Shown: positions 11,031 to 24,217 of the stretch, one piece after another
How the letters are laid out: every line of letters starts with the position of its first letter
Numbering within the stretch: position 1 is the stretch's first letter
Source of the DNA: Sminthopsis crassicaudata
Taxonomy: Eukaryota
Length of the DNA stretch: 64,000 nucleotides
Direction: 5' to 3'
Assembly (NCBI RefSeq): GCF_048593235.1
Contig: NC_133623.1
Coordinates: 10,222,211 to 10,286,210, forward strand
Position numbers and translations under genes: made by a program
Notes under the pieces: model-generated
The model's input: the letters and a program-made list of their open reading frames with translations, nothing else
The model's database searches: none
Told to the model about the DNA's origin: nothing

Positions 11031-14000
11031 TAGGACAAAAACCATATAGAGACACAATGAACAGACAGACACGGATATAGCACACACACACACACACACA
11101 GAAACACATATATAGAGAAAACAGACAACACAGACACATATAGCACACAGAGCGACACAGACATATAGAGACACAGTAAACAGACACAGATATAGCATAC
11201 ACACAGAGACAGACATATATAGAGCAAACAGACAACACAGAAATACAGATATAGCACACACAGAGACAGAGAAAACAGAGACACACAGATATAGCACACA
11301 CAGAGACACAGACAGCATATACATAGAGCCAAAGAACACAGAGAGACAAAACAGGCAGAGACAAAACAGACACATATATAGCGCCCACAGAGAGACAGAG
11401 AGAGACAGGAAACAGAGACAGACAATACAGATGAAGATATAGCACATATAGACAGAGGCACAAAGAGAAAACAGGCAGAGACAATACAGAGACACAGATA
11501 TAGCACACACAGAAACAGACACAACACAGAGACAGAGAAAGAACATGGAGAGACAGAAAACAGGCAGAGACAAAATAGAACACACAGAGACATAGACAAA
11601 GAACACAGGGAGACACAGAAAAAGAGAGACAGACATAACACAAAGAGATATACACAGACACAGAGGGAAACAAAGAACAAAGAGAGATGGACATAAAATA
11701 GAGACAAACAACAGACATTACAGATAATGATAAAAGAATAAAAGACAAGAGACAAAACAAGTAGAGATAAAAAAACACATAGACACATACATCCACAACA
11801 CACAAAGAATAGAAACACACACAGGATCAAAGACAACACAGAGACAGATGAAACAGAGAGACACAGAAAGACAAACAAAAAAAAATTGAGAAAGAGTACA
11901 TATGGGCACAGAGAAGGAGACAGAGAGGAAGACAAACAACAAAGAGAACAGAGACAAAAGACAGTAGGAGATAGACAAAGAGAAGAGAGACACAGAGACA
12001 AAAGAGACAGACACAACACAGAGAAAGGGAGATGAAAGATGGACACACACAGAAGAGTCAAACAGAGACAAAGAGACAGATACAGAGTTGGAGACAGAGT
12101 CAAAGAATGCAGAGAGACACAGATACATAAAGAAGGAGATGAGAAAAATAATACAGAGAGGGAGATAGGCCAAGAACAAAGACACTGAGAGACAAAGACA
12201 GACACACAGGAACAGGGGGAGACAAATAGAACACCAACAGTAACAGAGTCAAAGGACAGACATAGACGCACAGGGAGAGACAGACACAAGAGATGGAGAC
12301 AGAAACAGACCCACAGAGACAGAATCAACAGAGACATGGGGACAAGGAGAGAGAGACACAGAGATTGAAAAAGACAGAAATAGAGTCAAAGAACAGACAG
12401 GCACACAGGGACAGGGCTGGAGACAGAACACAGACACACAAGGACAGGGGGAGAGACAAACGGATGGAGACAAGCATAGAACATAGAGACAGTAATAGAC
12501 ACAGAGACAGAAACAAAGAACAGACAGATACACAGGGAGAGAGAGACAGACAGAACACAGAGACAGGAACAGTCAAAGAACCGACAGGCACAACACACAA
12601 AGAGACGCAGAGAAACAAAGACGGAGATATATACAGAGAGAGAGAAACAGACTAACACAGAGACTGATAGACATGCACAGTGGGAGACAGAGACAAAGAA
12701 CATAGAGACAGACAGACACAAACAACATAGACAATTACAAAGACATACAGAGAGGGAGACAACAGACAAGAGACAGACACAACACAGAAAGACACAGACT
12801 CAGAATCAAAGAACAGACATAGACACGCACATAGAGGGAGAGAGACAGAGATAAAAGACACAGACCCCACAGAGACAGATTCAAGGAACAGAGACACAGG
12901 GAGACAGATAAAAACAGAGACAGACAGATGGAGACAAAGAACAGAAATAGAGGGGGACAGACAAAAAGAGATAAATACACAGAGAGGAAAAGAATTAAAG
13001 AACAGACACAGGGACAAAGAGACACAGAGAGGGAAATAAACTCTTAAGAGAGACAAAAACAAAGGGAGACAGAATAAAAACAAAACAAAGAACAGACACT
13101 TAGATATAGAAAGGTAGACATACACACATAGGGAGAGATAGACATACAAAGAGGAAGAGAGTCAAGGAACAGACAGGGACAAACTAAGAGACAAGTGAGA
13201 CAACGCACACAGAGAGACAGACAAGACACGAGAAACAGAGATAGAGACAAAGCACAGAAAAAGAGAGAAAACAGACTGTGAGAGATAAGCAACACAGAGG
13301 GAGAGAAACAAAACAAAGACAGACACAGAGAGGAAGAGAGGGAGACCGAGTCAGACAGAGTACAGAGACAAAGAACAGATAAAGAGACAGACAATACAAA
13401 AGAGAGAATACAGACAGAGACAAAGTACAAACAGATTTCATAAAAATAGACAAAACAGAGGATGAGAGAGTTAAAGACCAGACAGGCACACAGGGCCAGG
13501 GAGAGACACAGAGAGAGGAAGAGACAAACCCATGGCACACAAAGAAACAGGAAACAGACAAAGCAAAGAGACAGATAAAAGAGACACAACACAGAAGGAG
13601 ACAACAGACACGGATACAGGGACAAAGAACAGAGAGATGGTCACCCGGAGCAAGAGACAAAGAACACTCATGGAAACACAGAGACAAACAATACACAAAG
13701 AAATGAAGATAACAGAGACAAACAGAGAAGATGATAGTGACTAAGAACAGTGAGAGAGACACGGAGACAAAAAACACAGATTGAGACAACACTAAAGAGA
13801 AAGAAAAAATAGAAATAGAGGCAAAGAGAGATAGAAATACAGACACACAGAGAGACAAAACAGACAAAGAACACAGAGGCAGATATATACAGAGGAGACA
13901 GACACTGAGAGAAAGACATACAGAGACAAAGAACACAGACAAACACAGCATACAAAGAGACAGAGACCGAGAATAGAGACAAAGGGGAGATAGAGACTAA

Positions 14001-14466
14001 GGACAGACAGAGAGAGAGGCAGACAAAAACACAGATAGACAAAACACACAATGACAAAAGACAGACAGATATGAAGAGCAGTGATGGAGACATAGACAGA
14101 TGCACAGAGAGCGAGAAAGAAACCAGAGACAGATGAGACGAACAAAGAGCATAGAGAGACACACAAACACTGAGAGAAACAGAGAGACAAAGAATAGTAA
14201 GACAGAGATAAACCCAGACAGATACAGGGAAAGACAGAGATGACACTGAAAGAGAGAGAAAGACAGAGAACAGAGAGAGTTAGAGATATAGACAGGGACA
14301 AGCCCACACAGATAAAGACACTGAGAGGCAAGACAAAGAACAGCACAGAGAAAGGGACAGGCAGAAGGACAGAATGGAGACAGATATTGAGGGAGGTAGA
14401 AGGGGAGACACAGAGAGACACACACACAGACACAGAGGAAGAGATGCAAAAAAAAAAAAAAAAAAA
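11031..14466. repeat. ~3.4 kb degenerate (AG/AC)-rich low-complexity tandem array ending in A19
   Basis: Continuous gagac/acag/aaag-type units; + strand strongly T-poor (3 T in 60 nt at 12841-12900); A19 at 14448-14466. Confidence 0.95.
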
Positions 14467-14649
14467 CACTGGCAGAGAGAGTTTTGAAATGTAGTTTTTG
14501 CTTGGTTGCCTTTGGTAACTTTAGAATTGGCCCCTACTTTCCATTGCACAGTCACAGCCAAAGAAGCTTCTTACTTACTGTGTGGTTAATGAACTGGAAC
14601 CAGCTCTTTGGAGCATTGCAAGGAGAATTGCATCCTACCTTCTTGCTGG

Positions 14650-14905
14650 CAGCTATGGAGGCCATAGTGCCCATAGAGTGCCAGGGTTGGAGTCAAGAAG
14701 ACCTGAATTCAAATACTGCTTCAGACACTTTTTAGTTGTGTGACTCTGGGCAAGTCATGTCACCTCTCTGCCTCAGTTTCCTCATCTTCAATACAGGGAT
14801 AATAATAGCACCTATCTCCTAAAATTGTCATGAGGATCAAGTAAAGTGTTATTTGTACACTTCTTAGTGCAGGACCTGGCACATAGGTAATGTTATTAGT
14901 TATTA
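14650..14905 (+). mobile_element. MIR SINE (near full length)
   Basis: ggagtcaagaagacctgaattcaaat, gtgactctgggcaagtca, cctcagtttcctcatct, tail gacctggcacataggtaa. Confidence 0.85.
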
Positions 14906-15370
14906 TGGCTCAGAGAGAGAGAGGGGCAATCTCCAGTCATTTTAATTTCTTAATAGCCCTGAAAACAACCCAGGACTATTGTCATCGCTATTTTACAAGT
15001 GATGAAATTGAACATTTGAGGTTAAGTGACTAAGTCAGGGTCACACAGCTGGGATGTGTCACATAAAGGCTTCAAGAAGAGTTCTTCCCATTTCTCTCCA
15101 GTGCACCCAGCTGACAGTAAGAAATGGCTGGCATTTACACAGCGCTTTAAGATTTGTGAAGTGTGCTACATGTTTTATTTGCCTGGTGATTATCCTCTGA
15201 GGTTGTACTATGGTGCCAACTGGGTACAGATTGTGAATGGAACTAACCCACACCCAAGCTGTTTTGAAACAAACAGGTTTCTGAAGGATGACACACTGCA
15301 GACAAAACCAGCCTCTCTTAGGTGATCCACCTTTATGTTTTACAGGTTTTACTTCTGCCCTTGCCATCAC

Positions 15371-15525
15371 TTTTTCTTTTCTTTTCTTTTTTTCTGAGGC
15401 AATTGGGATTAAGTGACTTGCCCAGGGTCACACATATCTAAGTAGTGTTAAGCATCTGAGGCCAGATCTGAATTAATTGCCAACTCCAGTCCCAGCGTTC
15501 AATCCACAATATCAGCTAGCTGTCC
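15371..15525 (-). mobile_element. WSINE1-like SINE
   Basis: (TTTTC)n tail followed by tgaggcaattgggattaagtgacttgcccagggtcacac ... agctagctgtcc. Confidence 0.85.
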
Positions 15526-16334
15526 TTCTGGAAAGATATAAAGATACTTAAATTTGAAAAACAATTGGGATTCTGCAGTCTCCCCACCAAACTCTTCTGC
15601 CTGGAAAAATACAATGTTTGACAAATTGTATGACTGGAAATTCTCCTTTTTTTTTTTCATAGTCCCTGCTCTCCACCCTTTTGGCCTTTTCACTATTGGT
15701 TAACATCCCCAGAGGATGAGGAGGGAAAGGAGATGAAACTGTAATCAGTTGTCTTGGCGGTTTTTGGTTTTTTTTTTGATCCATTCTGAAAGAAATGTTT
15801 GGTGAGAGAGGAGATAGGAGCTAATGACTGCACTAAGGATTGGGAACTTGTCATCATGCCCATTTGTTCCAATGATTAAGACCATACAATGGGCAAATAA
15901 AAGAATTGGAGTTAAATTTGGCCTAGGCTTTTGGAGAAGAAAAGACTGACATCTGGGGTTACCATTCAGTCCATGGAGATCTGTGATTAAATCTTGAAGC
16001 CTTAGCCTGAAACAGATCACCAAAACTAGGCCTCCCCCTCTCTATGCTGCCTTTTTGCTCCACTTACCCCTGTACCTGATTTTTGTCAGTTTTGAATAGG
16101 ACTCTGGGCTAATCACTTAAACCTTCTGAAAATCCAGAGACTTTTCTTACTTGAACAGGATGGAATGGAATTTGAGCCTCTCAACAATCAGGAGAACAGA
16201 GTAGCAGGTTCCCCGTTCAATTCATCAAAAAGACAACTGCCTATCTGCACCCAAACACCTCATTCCCCTCCCTGTGATCTCAAGACTTCCCAAAAGGCAA
16301 GCTCTAAATGGCTATGTGGCTTAGATGGAAAGGG

Positions 16335-17375
16335 CACATCATTAACAAATTAATGGAGTAAGGAAAGAAATGCCTTTCATGATACAGGAAGAGTTTCTGA
16401 CAAAACAAAGAACAGAGAGGTTCACAGAAGACAAAATGGACAATTTGGATTACCTAAAATTGAAAAATGGTTTTGCACAAACATAAATCATAATTGGGAA
16501 AATCTTGACAATGAAGTCTTCTTATAATTTCATATCCAAAATATATGAAAAAATGAGTTCAAATTTATAAGACTAAGAACCATTTTTCTATTGATAGTGA
16601 AAGGATATGAACAATTTTCAAAGAAAGCAACCCAAAATATTAACAGTTATATGAAAAAAAAAATCCAAAAACCTAATTGGAAAAATACAAATTAAAATAA
16701 CCCTCACACCCATGAAATTGGCAAAAATGACAGCTGTTAGAAAGGTTGCAGAAAAACTAGCACACGTATGCATTCTTAGTGGGGCTATGAATTAGTTGAT
16801 CCATTTTCGAAAGCAGTTAGGAGCCTTGTCTCAAAAATTAACCCAACTGTACCCCTACAGGCCTATTTTCCAAAGAGATCAAAGAAAGCGGAAAGGGATC
16901 CATACTATAAAAAATATTTGTAGCAGCTATTTTCTTAACAGTAAAAAACTGGAAACTAAGGTCCCTGTCCATCTATTGGGGAATGATTACACAAAGTATA
17001 GCATATAAATGTAGTGGAATATTATTGTGCCATAAGAAATAATGAAATGGATGGTGTTAAAAGAAATAGCAAGCTCTCTATGAGCTAATTTAGATTGAAG
17101 TGAATAGAACCGGGAGAATGGTTTATATAGACAACATTATGGAGAAAAATAACTTTGAAAAATGTTAGAATTATCAGTGCAATGATAAAACTACGAATCC
17201 AGAAGATTAAACATGCGCTATCAGTCACCTCCTCTCAAAAAGACTTAAAATTTGGAATGAGACGTTCATATTTGAACATGACCAATGTGGGAATGTTTTT
17301 TACTAGACTATTTATTGTTTTGGTTTTATTTAAGAGGGAAAAAATGTCTTCTGGAAAAGAAAAAAGAACTTACTA
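16335..17375 (+). mobile_element. Older degraded LINE-1 (ORF2 3' region and 3' UTR)
   Basis: L1 ORF2 C-terminal motifs (aaatatttgtagcagct, aactggaaactaag, gtggaatattattgtgccataagaaat) with many indels. Confidence 0.8.
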
Positions 17376-17447
17376 AAAACTATGGGAATCATAGCCTTGA
17401 TTATGTTCAGTGATTTAGAAAGAAATTTGGTACCCAGTAAAGTTTTT

Positions 17448-17796
17448 TTTGTTTGTTTGTTTAAAGCTTTTTATTTTCAAAACATATAATAGCTTTCAGT
17501 TTTCACCTTTGCAAAACCTTGCATTCCAAACTTTTTTCTCACTAACCTTCCCCCATCTCTTCCCATGGACAGCAGCTAATCCGATGTATGTTAAACGCGT
17601 GCTGTTCTTCTATATATATTTCCACAATTATCATGTTGCACAAGAAAAATAAGATCAAAAAAGAGAAAGAAAACAAAATACAAGCAAATAACAAAAAAGA
17701 GAAAATATTCTGCTGTGATCCACACTCAGTGCTTACAATCCTCTGAGTGCTGAAGGCTCTCTCTGTCACAAGACCATTGGAACTGAATCACTTTAA
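17448..17796 (-). mobile_element. 5'-truncated LINE-1 3' end
   Basis: Poly(T)/(TTTG) tail then L1 3' UTR in reverse; 14-bp TSD ccagta(a/g)agttttt at 17434-17447 and 17797-17810. Confidence 0.88.
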
Positions 17797-18084
17797 CCAG
17801 TAGAGTTTTTAAACCCCTAAGAGAGTGCTAATGTATAGTATGTTTGTCAGTATAAAGTGGTTGAAAAAATGGTAACAATCAACTCTGGAAGATCAAATTT
17901 AAAAAGATCAGCGGTTTATAATCTTTGCCAACTTCATAATGGTTGAAGACTTGGGGGAAGATGACACAGTAAGAGTTGCAAGGAACCAGTGACTTCCATC
18001 ATAGACCCCTCAAAAATAGCAACAGAAATGCCCTCCACTCTGAAAAAAGCACATCAGAAATGCTTAAAAGAAAAAAAAATTCAG

Positions 18085-18252
18085 CCACTTCTTATGACCT
18101 CTTTTCACCCAAGAAATTTTCATAACTCCAGATACATAGGTATATGAAATAGGTATATAAATAATTTACTGATAATGATAATTTTGCTACCCTTACATTC
18201 AATTATGAGACCTCCCATGGCATTGTGACCCACAGTTTAAGAAGCTTTGCTT
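18085..18252. mobile_element. hAT-type non-autonomous DNA transposon (MITE)
   Basis: gacctcttttcacccaagaaatttt ... gacccacagtttaagaagct terminal motif. Confidence 0.55.
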
Positions 18253-18874
18253 TAGAACATGATCAAATCAAAGAAAATGAAATCAATACAAAGAAAAAGG
18301 TGATGGATTTTTCAAAGCAGAGGCAAAAATGTCTGAAGTAAAAGATACTCAAGCAATATCAACCAACTGAAGTATTGGAAATAAAGCTAGAAATACAGTC
18401 AAATAGATCATAGACAATCTGATGGAACAGTCACAGAAATACATCAAGAAGAAAGGCACTGGGAGCAGCTAAAGACTCGGGATGAAATGATGAAACTCAA
18501 CAGTTTAGAAGTATGCGGAAATATACCCTCACAAATACAAGACTATAAACATGTCAATGGAATCAGAGAAACTGAATTACTCTTAGTAGATAGAGATACT
18601 GAGAAATACTTTGAAGTTTAGAAAACTTGCTTTTATTGAAGGATGGACTGAGACTTTTCAAAGCAGAAAAACGGCTTCCTGTGGTTCTTAGGCTCCCTCT
18701 AAACAGCTGTGATCACCACATATTGAGATTTTAGAGGGAGTTTTTGTACAAAACATTGCATTTGAGTCTGCTGAAGTGGGGAAGGGGGCCTCAAACATAA
18801 GTCAGACCAGTTTCTTGACATTCTAGAGCCCACACTTGGTAGTGACAGGAATCCTAATAAACAGGTTTCATTAA

Positions 18875-19185
18875 TGGAAGGAGCACTGGGTTTGGAAAAA
18901 AAGGAGAGATCCAGAAATCCCTCTCAGATACTTAGTAGCCATGTGATCCTAGGCAAGTCATAAGCACTCTGAGTCTGAGTTTTCTTGTGTGTAAAACAGG
19001 GATTATGATAAATAGAATACCTACCACATCAGGTTATGATGAGGATCAAAAAATAATATTCATAAAGCCAAGTCAAGAAGCATTTACTATATGCCAGGCC
19101 TTGTGCTAAGCACTAAAAAGTATAGAAAAAAACAGAAAGTGCTTTGTAATCATTAAAGTACTTTAGAAATGTAAGCTATTACTAG
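18875..19185 (+). mobile_element. MIR SINE interrupted by a short L2 tail fragment
   Basis: MIR head/core 18875-19070; reverse L2 tail agcatttactatatgccaggccttgtgctaagc; MIR tail resumes ~19135. Confidence 0.6.
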
Positions 19186-19427
19186 TATTTCTATTTCACC
19201 AACTGGTTCATCTTTGTTCATTGGAACTAGAAGCAATTTTAAGAAGCAGATTAGAATCAGGATAGAAATCATTTCTAATAAATCTCAGTGTTATCTGCAA
19301 ATCTGCCTTCTTGCATTAATTTGGCTCTTAAGTTTACTCTGTTTATTTCAGAGTGCAGACCTCTTAGAGTAACCAGACTTTAGGCAAATATAATTTGATT
19401 ACCCCTCCGTAGATCTGTGTCATTCTT

Positions 19428-19587
19428 GGCCCAGAGTGCGTGGAAAGAGATATGGACTGAGAGGACCCAAGCTCAGATCTGGCCTTTGTCATTTGCCTCC
19501 CTGGGTCTCAGTTTCCTCCTCTATCAAATGAGAAGCATTTGCTATGTAGTCCCTGCCAGCTCCAGGTCCCTGTTGAGGTCCTATATG
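19428..19587 (+). mobile_element. MIR3-like SINE
   Basis: ctgggtctcagtttcctcctctatcaaatgag ... gtccctgccagctc. Confidence 0.65.
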
Positions 19588-19954
19588 GTTTTTTTTAATA
19601 TGTTTTATTTTATATGTTTTTTTAATATATTTATATATATATATTATATATATATATATATAATTTTTTTTATTTTATATATTTTATTTATATGGTTTTT
19701 TAATGTTTTTAAATATATTTATATACATATATAATATATATTATATATTTTTAAATTTTATATATTTTATAATATTTATTTTATATGTTTGTTTGTTTGG
19801 TTTGGTTTGGTTTGTTTTTTCCTGAGGCTGGGGTTAAGTGACTTGCCCAGGGTCACACAGCTAGGAAGTGTTAAGTGTCTGAGAGCAGATTTGAACTCGG
19901 GTCCTCCTGAACTCAAGGCTGGTGCTCTATCCACTGCGCCACCTAGCTACCCCA
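19588..19954 (-). mobile_element. Young WSINE1-like SINE with expanded ~230 bp AT-rich tail
   Basis: Body ~19821-19954 with intact A box (19931-19941) and B box (19888-19898); exact 12-bp TSD aggtcctatatg at 19576-19587 and 19955-19966. Confidence 0.92.
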
Positions 19955-20514
19955 AGGTCCTATATGTTAAGCTGCTTTCTAGAAATCCAAATCCCACTGG
20001 CATCTACAGACCAGCTTAGGAAACAAAGCTTGACTTCTGTTCCTAAAATTCCTTAAATTCTACCTCACAGTCTTAATGCTTCTCAGAATAGAAACTTCTG
20101 CTCAGGTTAGGAAGAAAGGAAAAAGCAGGAAGTTCTAGCCACAGAGTCAAACAAGCTCTGCTTTAGACCTGGCTCCCTCTTCACGGTGTCTCATTTGGAA
20201 AGTACTGATAAGGATGTTCCTCTTGATGGCATTGCATTCCCGACCTCTGTGAGCAAAGGGAAATTGGATTCTGATTACATTGGGTGTAGTCTGAAGTCTC
20301 AATAATCAAGTAGTCAGAAGCAGAAAAAAGTCTTAATGTTCTCTGTTTCTGACATGTGGAAGAAATCTGTTGATTCCTTGAACTGTTGAATAGAATTATT
20401 TCTGGGTAGGAGTAGACCTTGTGCTCAGCATCAATCTCTGACTTCCTGTATAGTTAGGGGTTTGCTAAAAGAACAAAATTATCCAAAGGCAAAGAAAATC
20501 AAAACATTGAAATC

Positions 20515-20700
20515 ATAGCAGCACTTATATAATGCTTTTAGAGTTTAGCATCACATTCGAGCTTCACAGTAACCCTGTGGGGGGGAAGATAGAAGTGGGA
20601 CATTTTATAAGTGAAGAAACTCGGGTTTACAAACGTTAAGTGACCAGAAGATCAAGCCACTGACTGGAGGCACACATGGTTTAAACCAAGGTCTTTGTCA
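20515..20700 (-). mobile_element. MIR SINE
   Basis: cttcacagtaaccctgtg ... cattttataagtgaagaaactc ... gttaagtgacc. Confidence 0.7.
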
Positions 20701-20724
20701 TTCAGAATCTAGCTGATTCAGTAA

Positions 20725-21055
20725 TCCAGTATACATAGCTTAACTGTCTACTAAGTGCTAAGCTCTGGGTGTTATAGAAATTATTATTTATTAATTATTC
20801 AACATTTTAATTATTAATTATCTTTATACTATTTTAATTAATGTAATTTATAATTAATTTTAATGAGTAAATATACTAATCAATGGTTATTAATAATCCA
20901 ATGATTAATGGTTTATTGTTAATATTGATAATATAATTGTATATTATATATATTTAAAATATATTAAGAAAAATTACATGCATAAGAAAAAAACAGTTCC
21001 TAATTCAAGGAGCTTTCAGTCTAATGGGAAGATAATACACAAAAGAAGCAGGATA
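20725..21055 (-). mobile_element. L2 3' end split by a ~200 bp AT-rich low-complexity block
   Basis: ctactaagtgctaagctctggg ... [AT block ~20775-20975] ... acagttcctaattcaaggagctttcagtctaatggga. Confidence 0.6.
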
Positions 21056-23604
21056 ATAGTGATGATGACCACAAGGGAGTAACTGCTAATTGCAGTTTAT
21101 CCAAGCAGAGTTGCTGATGGGAAATAGACAGTTATATGAAAAGTCCTTATATGAGCCCTCTATAAAGGAAGGCTTTGAGAGGAGTTTATTACTCCATCCT
21201 CTGGGCCTCCAATCAGAGGGGCGTTATGATTGAGGGGTTGAGTTGTTAAGATCAAAGACAGTCACTCTACATGGTGGTGAGATTCTACATGATCAAGTTT
21301 ATCCTGGGAGAAGCAGGATGTTCCGTGGGGTCATGGAGAGCTGAGCTACTGATGGAAAATGGAGAGTTACAGAAACCCATTGGAACTCTGACATATGCGG
21401 GGTAAGGCTGTTTTTTTTCTGTTACTAGCTCTGTCGTAGACCCTCAGATATATCTGTGGCAGCTTTCTGTTCGTCTCAGAAAGGAACTGGGCAACTTATT
21501 TTCTTGTGTGCCATCAACAAAATCTATCTTTCCTTTTCTACAATCAGAAACAGAATGAATAATCCCAACCACATACTGGCCATGATTCTCCATGTCTTCT
21601 TCAGGAAGAGATTTTCTGTCCATTTAATCCAATCCTTTTACCATTTGAAACTTGGGTCAACAGAAGCCCTAAAAGTATTTTTAAAAAACCAGTGCTTTTT
21701 CTGATGCCTTGGACTCTTGAAACTCCAAGATCACCTCAAATCTGCTTCTAGTTTTTAAAGATATGACCTGTCTCTTGTTCCCTATATAGCTGCAGGGGGC
21801 ATGGACATAGGCAAGTATCTTAATTACTCTGAGCCTCCATTTTTTTCAGCTCTGAAATGGTAGTATCTATTTTATGAGGTCACAATAATGTTATAGACAC
21901 GGGAATGTTATTGTTGTGGTTTAGAGGTAGCATAGCTTAGTGCTCAAAATCAGGAAGACAAAAATTCAACATCAGACACTTAGACTTGGCTTCCCCATGT
22001 GTAAAATGGGTATAATAACATCTACCTCAGGGTAACTATCAAAAAGCTCAAATGGAATAATGAATGTACTTTGTAAATCTAAATACTACATAAACAGTGG
22101 AATTCTGGGAAATGTTTTAACAACTGGTTCTCTTAAAAACAAACAACTCTGTGTGTGTCTGTCTCTCTTGCTCGCTATCTAGCTATACATACACACATAT
22201 ACACATATACATATACATTATATATATACATATACATATGTATATATCTTGAACATAAGTTTGTGTTTTAAATTTTACAGATATAAAATCACACAATACT
22301 CTTTATTGTAAATTCCCCAGAGCCACTTCATTTCATTGATTTTTGCTAAATTCTTGTATCTATACTTAACCTATGGTTGTCATTCAACCAGGATTTGATA
22401 ATCAATTTAATGCTTGATTTGCATTCCAGGCCTTTCTCCCTTTTCCCATTAAGCTTATTGCCATTAAATCTCACATGGGATGTGCTCTTAAACTATTTGT
22501 CATCCTCATATAAATTATGGTTATTGAACTGAAACCTCTTCCAGCATCAGCACTACTAACTATAACAGTGCTCATTATCTTGTTGGCCTTTTGTATGGTT
22601 CCAGAGATCGGAACATGGCTTGATTTCCATTATTATCTACAAAATTCTGAAAATCATTCAAATGAATTTCATGTTTGTTAAGGTCACTTAAATGATAGAT
22701 TTTTTATTTTTACCAAATATCTAGGGTGACGTTAGTTCTTTATTAGGCCAAGTAAAGAATTCTAGTAAATCAAAAAAATTCAAAATGTTTTCTTTATTTA
22801 ATAGAATTTTTAAATTTATCTTTTTTTTATTTGTTAGAAAGCAATATCTATTGCTTCTGGCCAATAAAAGACATGTTTTTGTCTTGTTAGATTTTCTAGT
22901 AACATTCCTTGGAAGAGCATCCAGTTTTTATTCAGTGTGATATTTTAAACTTTATCCTACTTACTAAATCTTCACATTGAGATTCATATTTTCCAGTACC
23001 AATCTTTAAATTCCCCAAACTCTTATGATGTGTTTAATTTTTTTTGAATGTCAATTGATCTTGAATGCAATACATTTAAAAGCAATGATCATTCTTGAAG
23101 AATGTCAGTTGCTATAGCAATATCTTACAAGAAATTAATATTAGCAAATCACTTTGTAAACCATAATAAAAAGGGGGAAAAAGGAAATATAGGATATTTA
23201 CCCTATACCAAAATTGCAGATCATAAACTACATGTTGCCCATCTTTGTCTCATGACATGACCAGTTTAAATAATTTCAATTACGAGTTCTTTAGCTACAC
23301 TAATTCAATTTCATCTTTCTTAGATAAGTGATAAAAAGAATAAACTATATTCGAAGATATTTTAAATAATTATTTTATTTCAAATATTTAATTAAGTAGC
23401 AATTCCAACTAATGTTTTAAGCAATGCCAACTGATGATTTGGGGAAAATTTCCAAACATTGTAGCTACTCTAGACTTTCTTCCTGAACTGTATTAACTCC
23501 ATAAGAACAACATGCTATTAAATCTGCTTTCAAATATTAATTGTTAAAGTCACATTAACTGTTAAATTCAAATAGATGATAATTTATTGAAAATACATTC
23601 TGCT

Positions 23605-24052
23605 AACTAGGAGATCATTATACACTTCAACAATGATACTGAATGAGGATGTATTCTGATGGAAGTGGATATCTTCAACATAGAGAAGATCTAATTCAGT
23701 TCCAGTTGATCAATGATGGACAGAATCAGCTACACCCAGCAAAGGAACACTGGAAAATGAGTATAAACTGTGAACATTTCCCCAGATTATTTTTACCTTC
23801 CGACTCCAATTCTTCCTTTGCAACAACAACAACAAAATTCGGTTCTGCACATATATATTGTACCTAGGATATACTGTAACATATTTAATATGTATGGGAA
23901 TGCCTGCTATCTAGGGGAGGGGGTGGAGGGAAGGAGGGGAAAAATTCAGAACAGAAGGGAGTATCAGGGATAATGTTGTAAAAAATTACCTATGCATATG
24001 TACTGCCAAAAAAAAAGTTATAATTATGAAATTTAAAAACAAACAAACAAAA
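23605..24052 (+). mobile_element. 5'-truncated LINE-1 3' end nested in hAT fossil
   Basis: Exact 15-bp TSD aaaatacattctgct at 23590-23604 and 24053-24067; G-rich tract and A-rich tail. Confidence 0.92.
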
Positions 24053-24217
24053 AAAATACATTCTGCTGTGCTCAATGCCAATTCTTTTAAAAGCAACAAA
24101 GAACATTACTGGTGATGAAGCTGATTGAACTTCACTTTGAAGATAAATTGCTGAGGTGATTTTTTTCAAACTGTAGATGCCTTGTCAATTATGATACAAA
24201 TTTTGGTTTTCTCTTCA

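Noticed and set aside
11031-14466. Array as the marsupial X-inactivation lncRNA Rsx
   Set aside because: Rsx is known to lie near HPRT1/PHF6, not between WDR44 and DOCK11, and no promoter or transcript evidence is visible here.
14448-14466. A19 as the poly(A) tail of a retroposed array
   Set aside because: No target-site duplication found between the flanks at ~11030 and ~14467, and no poly(A) signal just upstream.
11031-14466. CRISPR-like repeat-spacer array
   Set aside because: No constant repeat with unique spacers; eukaryotic context; no cas genes.
10872-14561. Many long overlapping ORFs (up to 437 aa), Leu/Ser/Val/Cys/Phe-rich on - and Arg/Asp/Thr/Glu-rich on +
   Set aside because: Compositional artefact: stop codons need both T and A, and each strand of the array lacks one of them. 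ORFs are open in all frames with no domain signal.
17830-18620. Purine-rich stretch resembling decayed L1/HAL1 ORF1 (similar at 29950-30400)
   Set aside because: Composition is suggestive but no diagnostic motif could be confirmed by eye.
21060-21420. LTR-like segment with TATAAA and CCAAT
   Set aside because: Motif order is wrong for a + strand promoter; no TG...CA termini, TSD or second copy identified.
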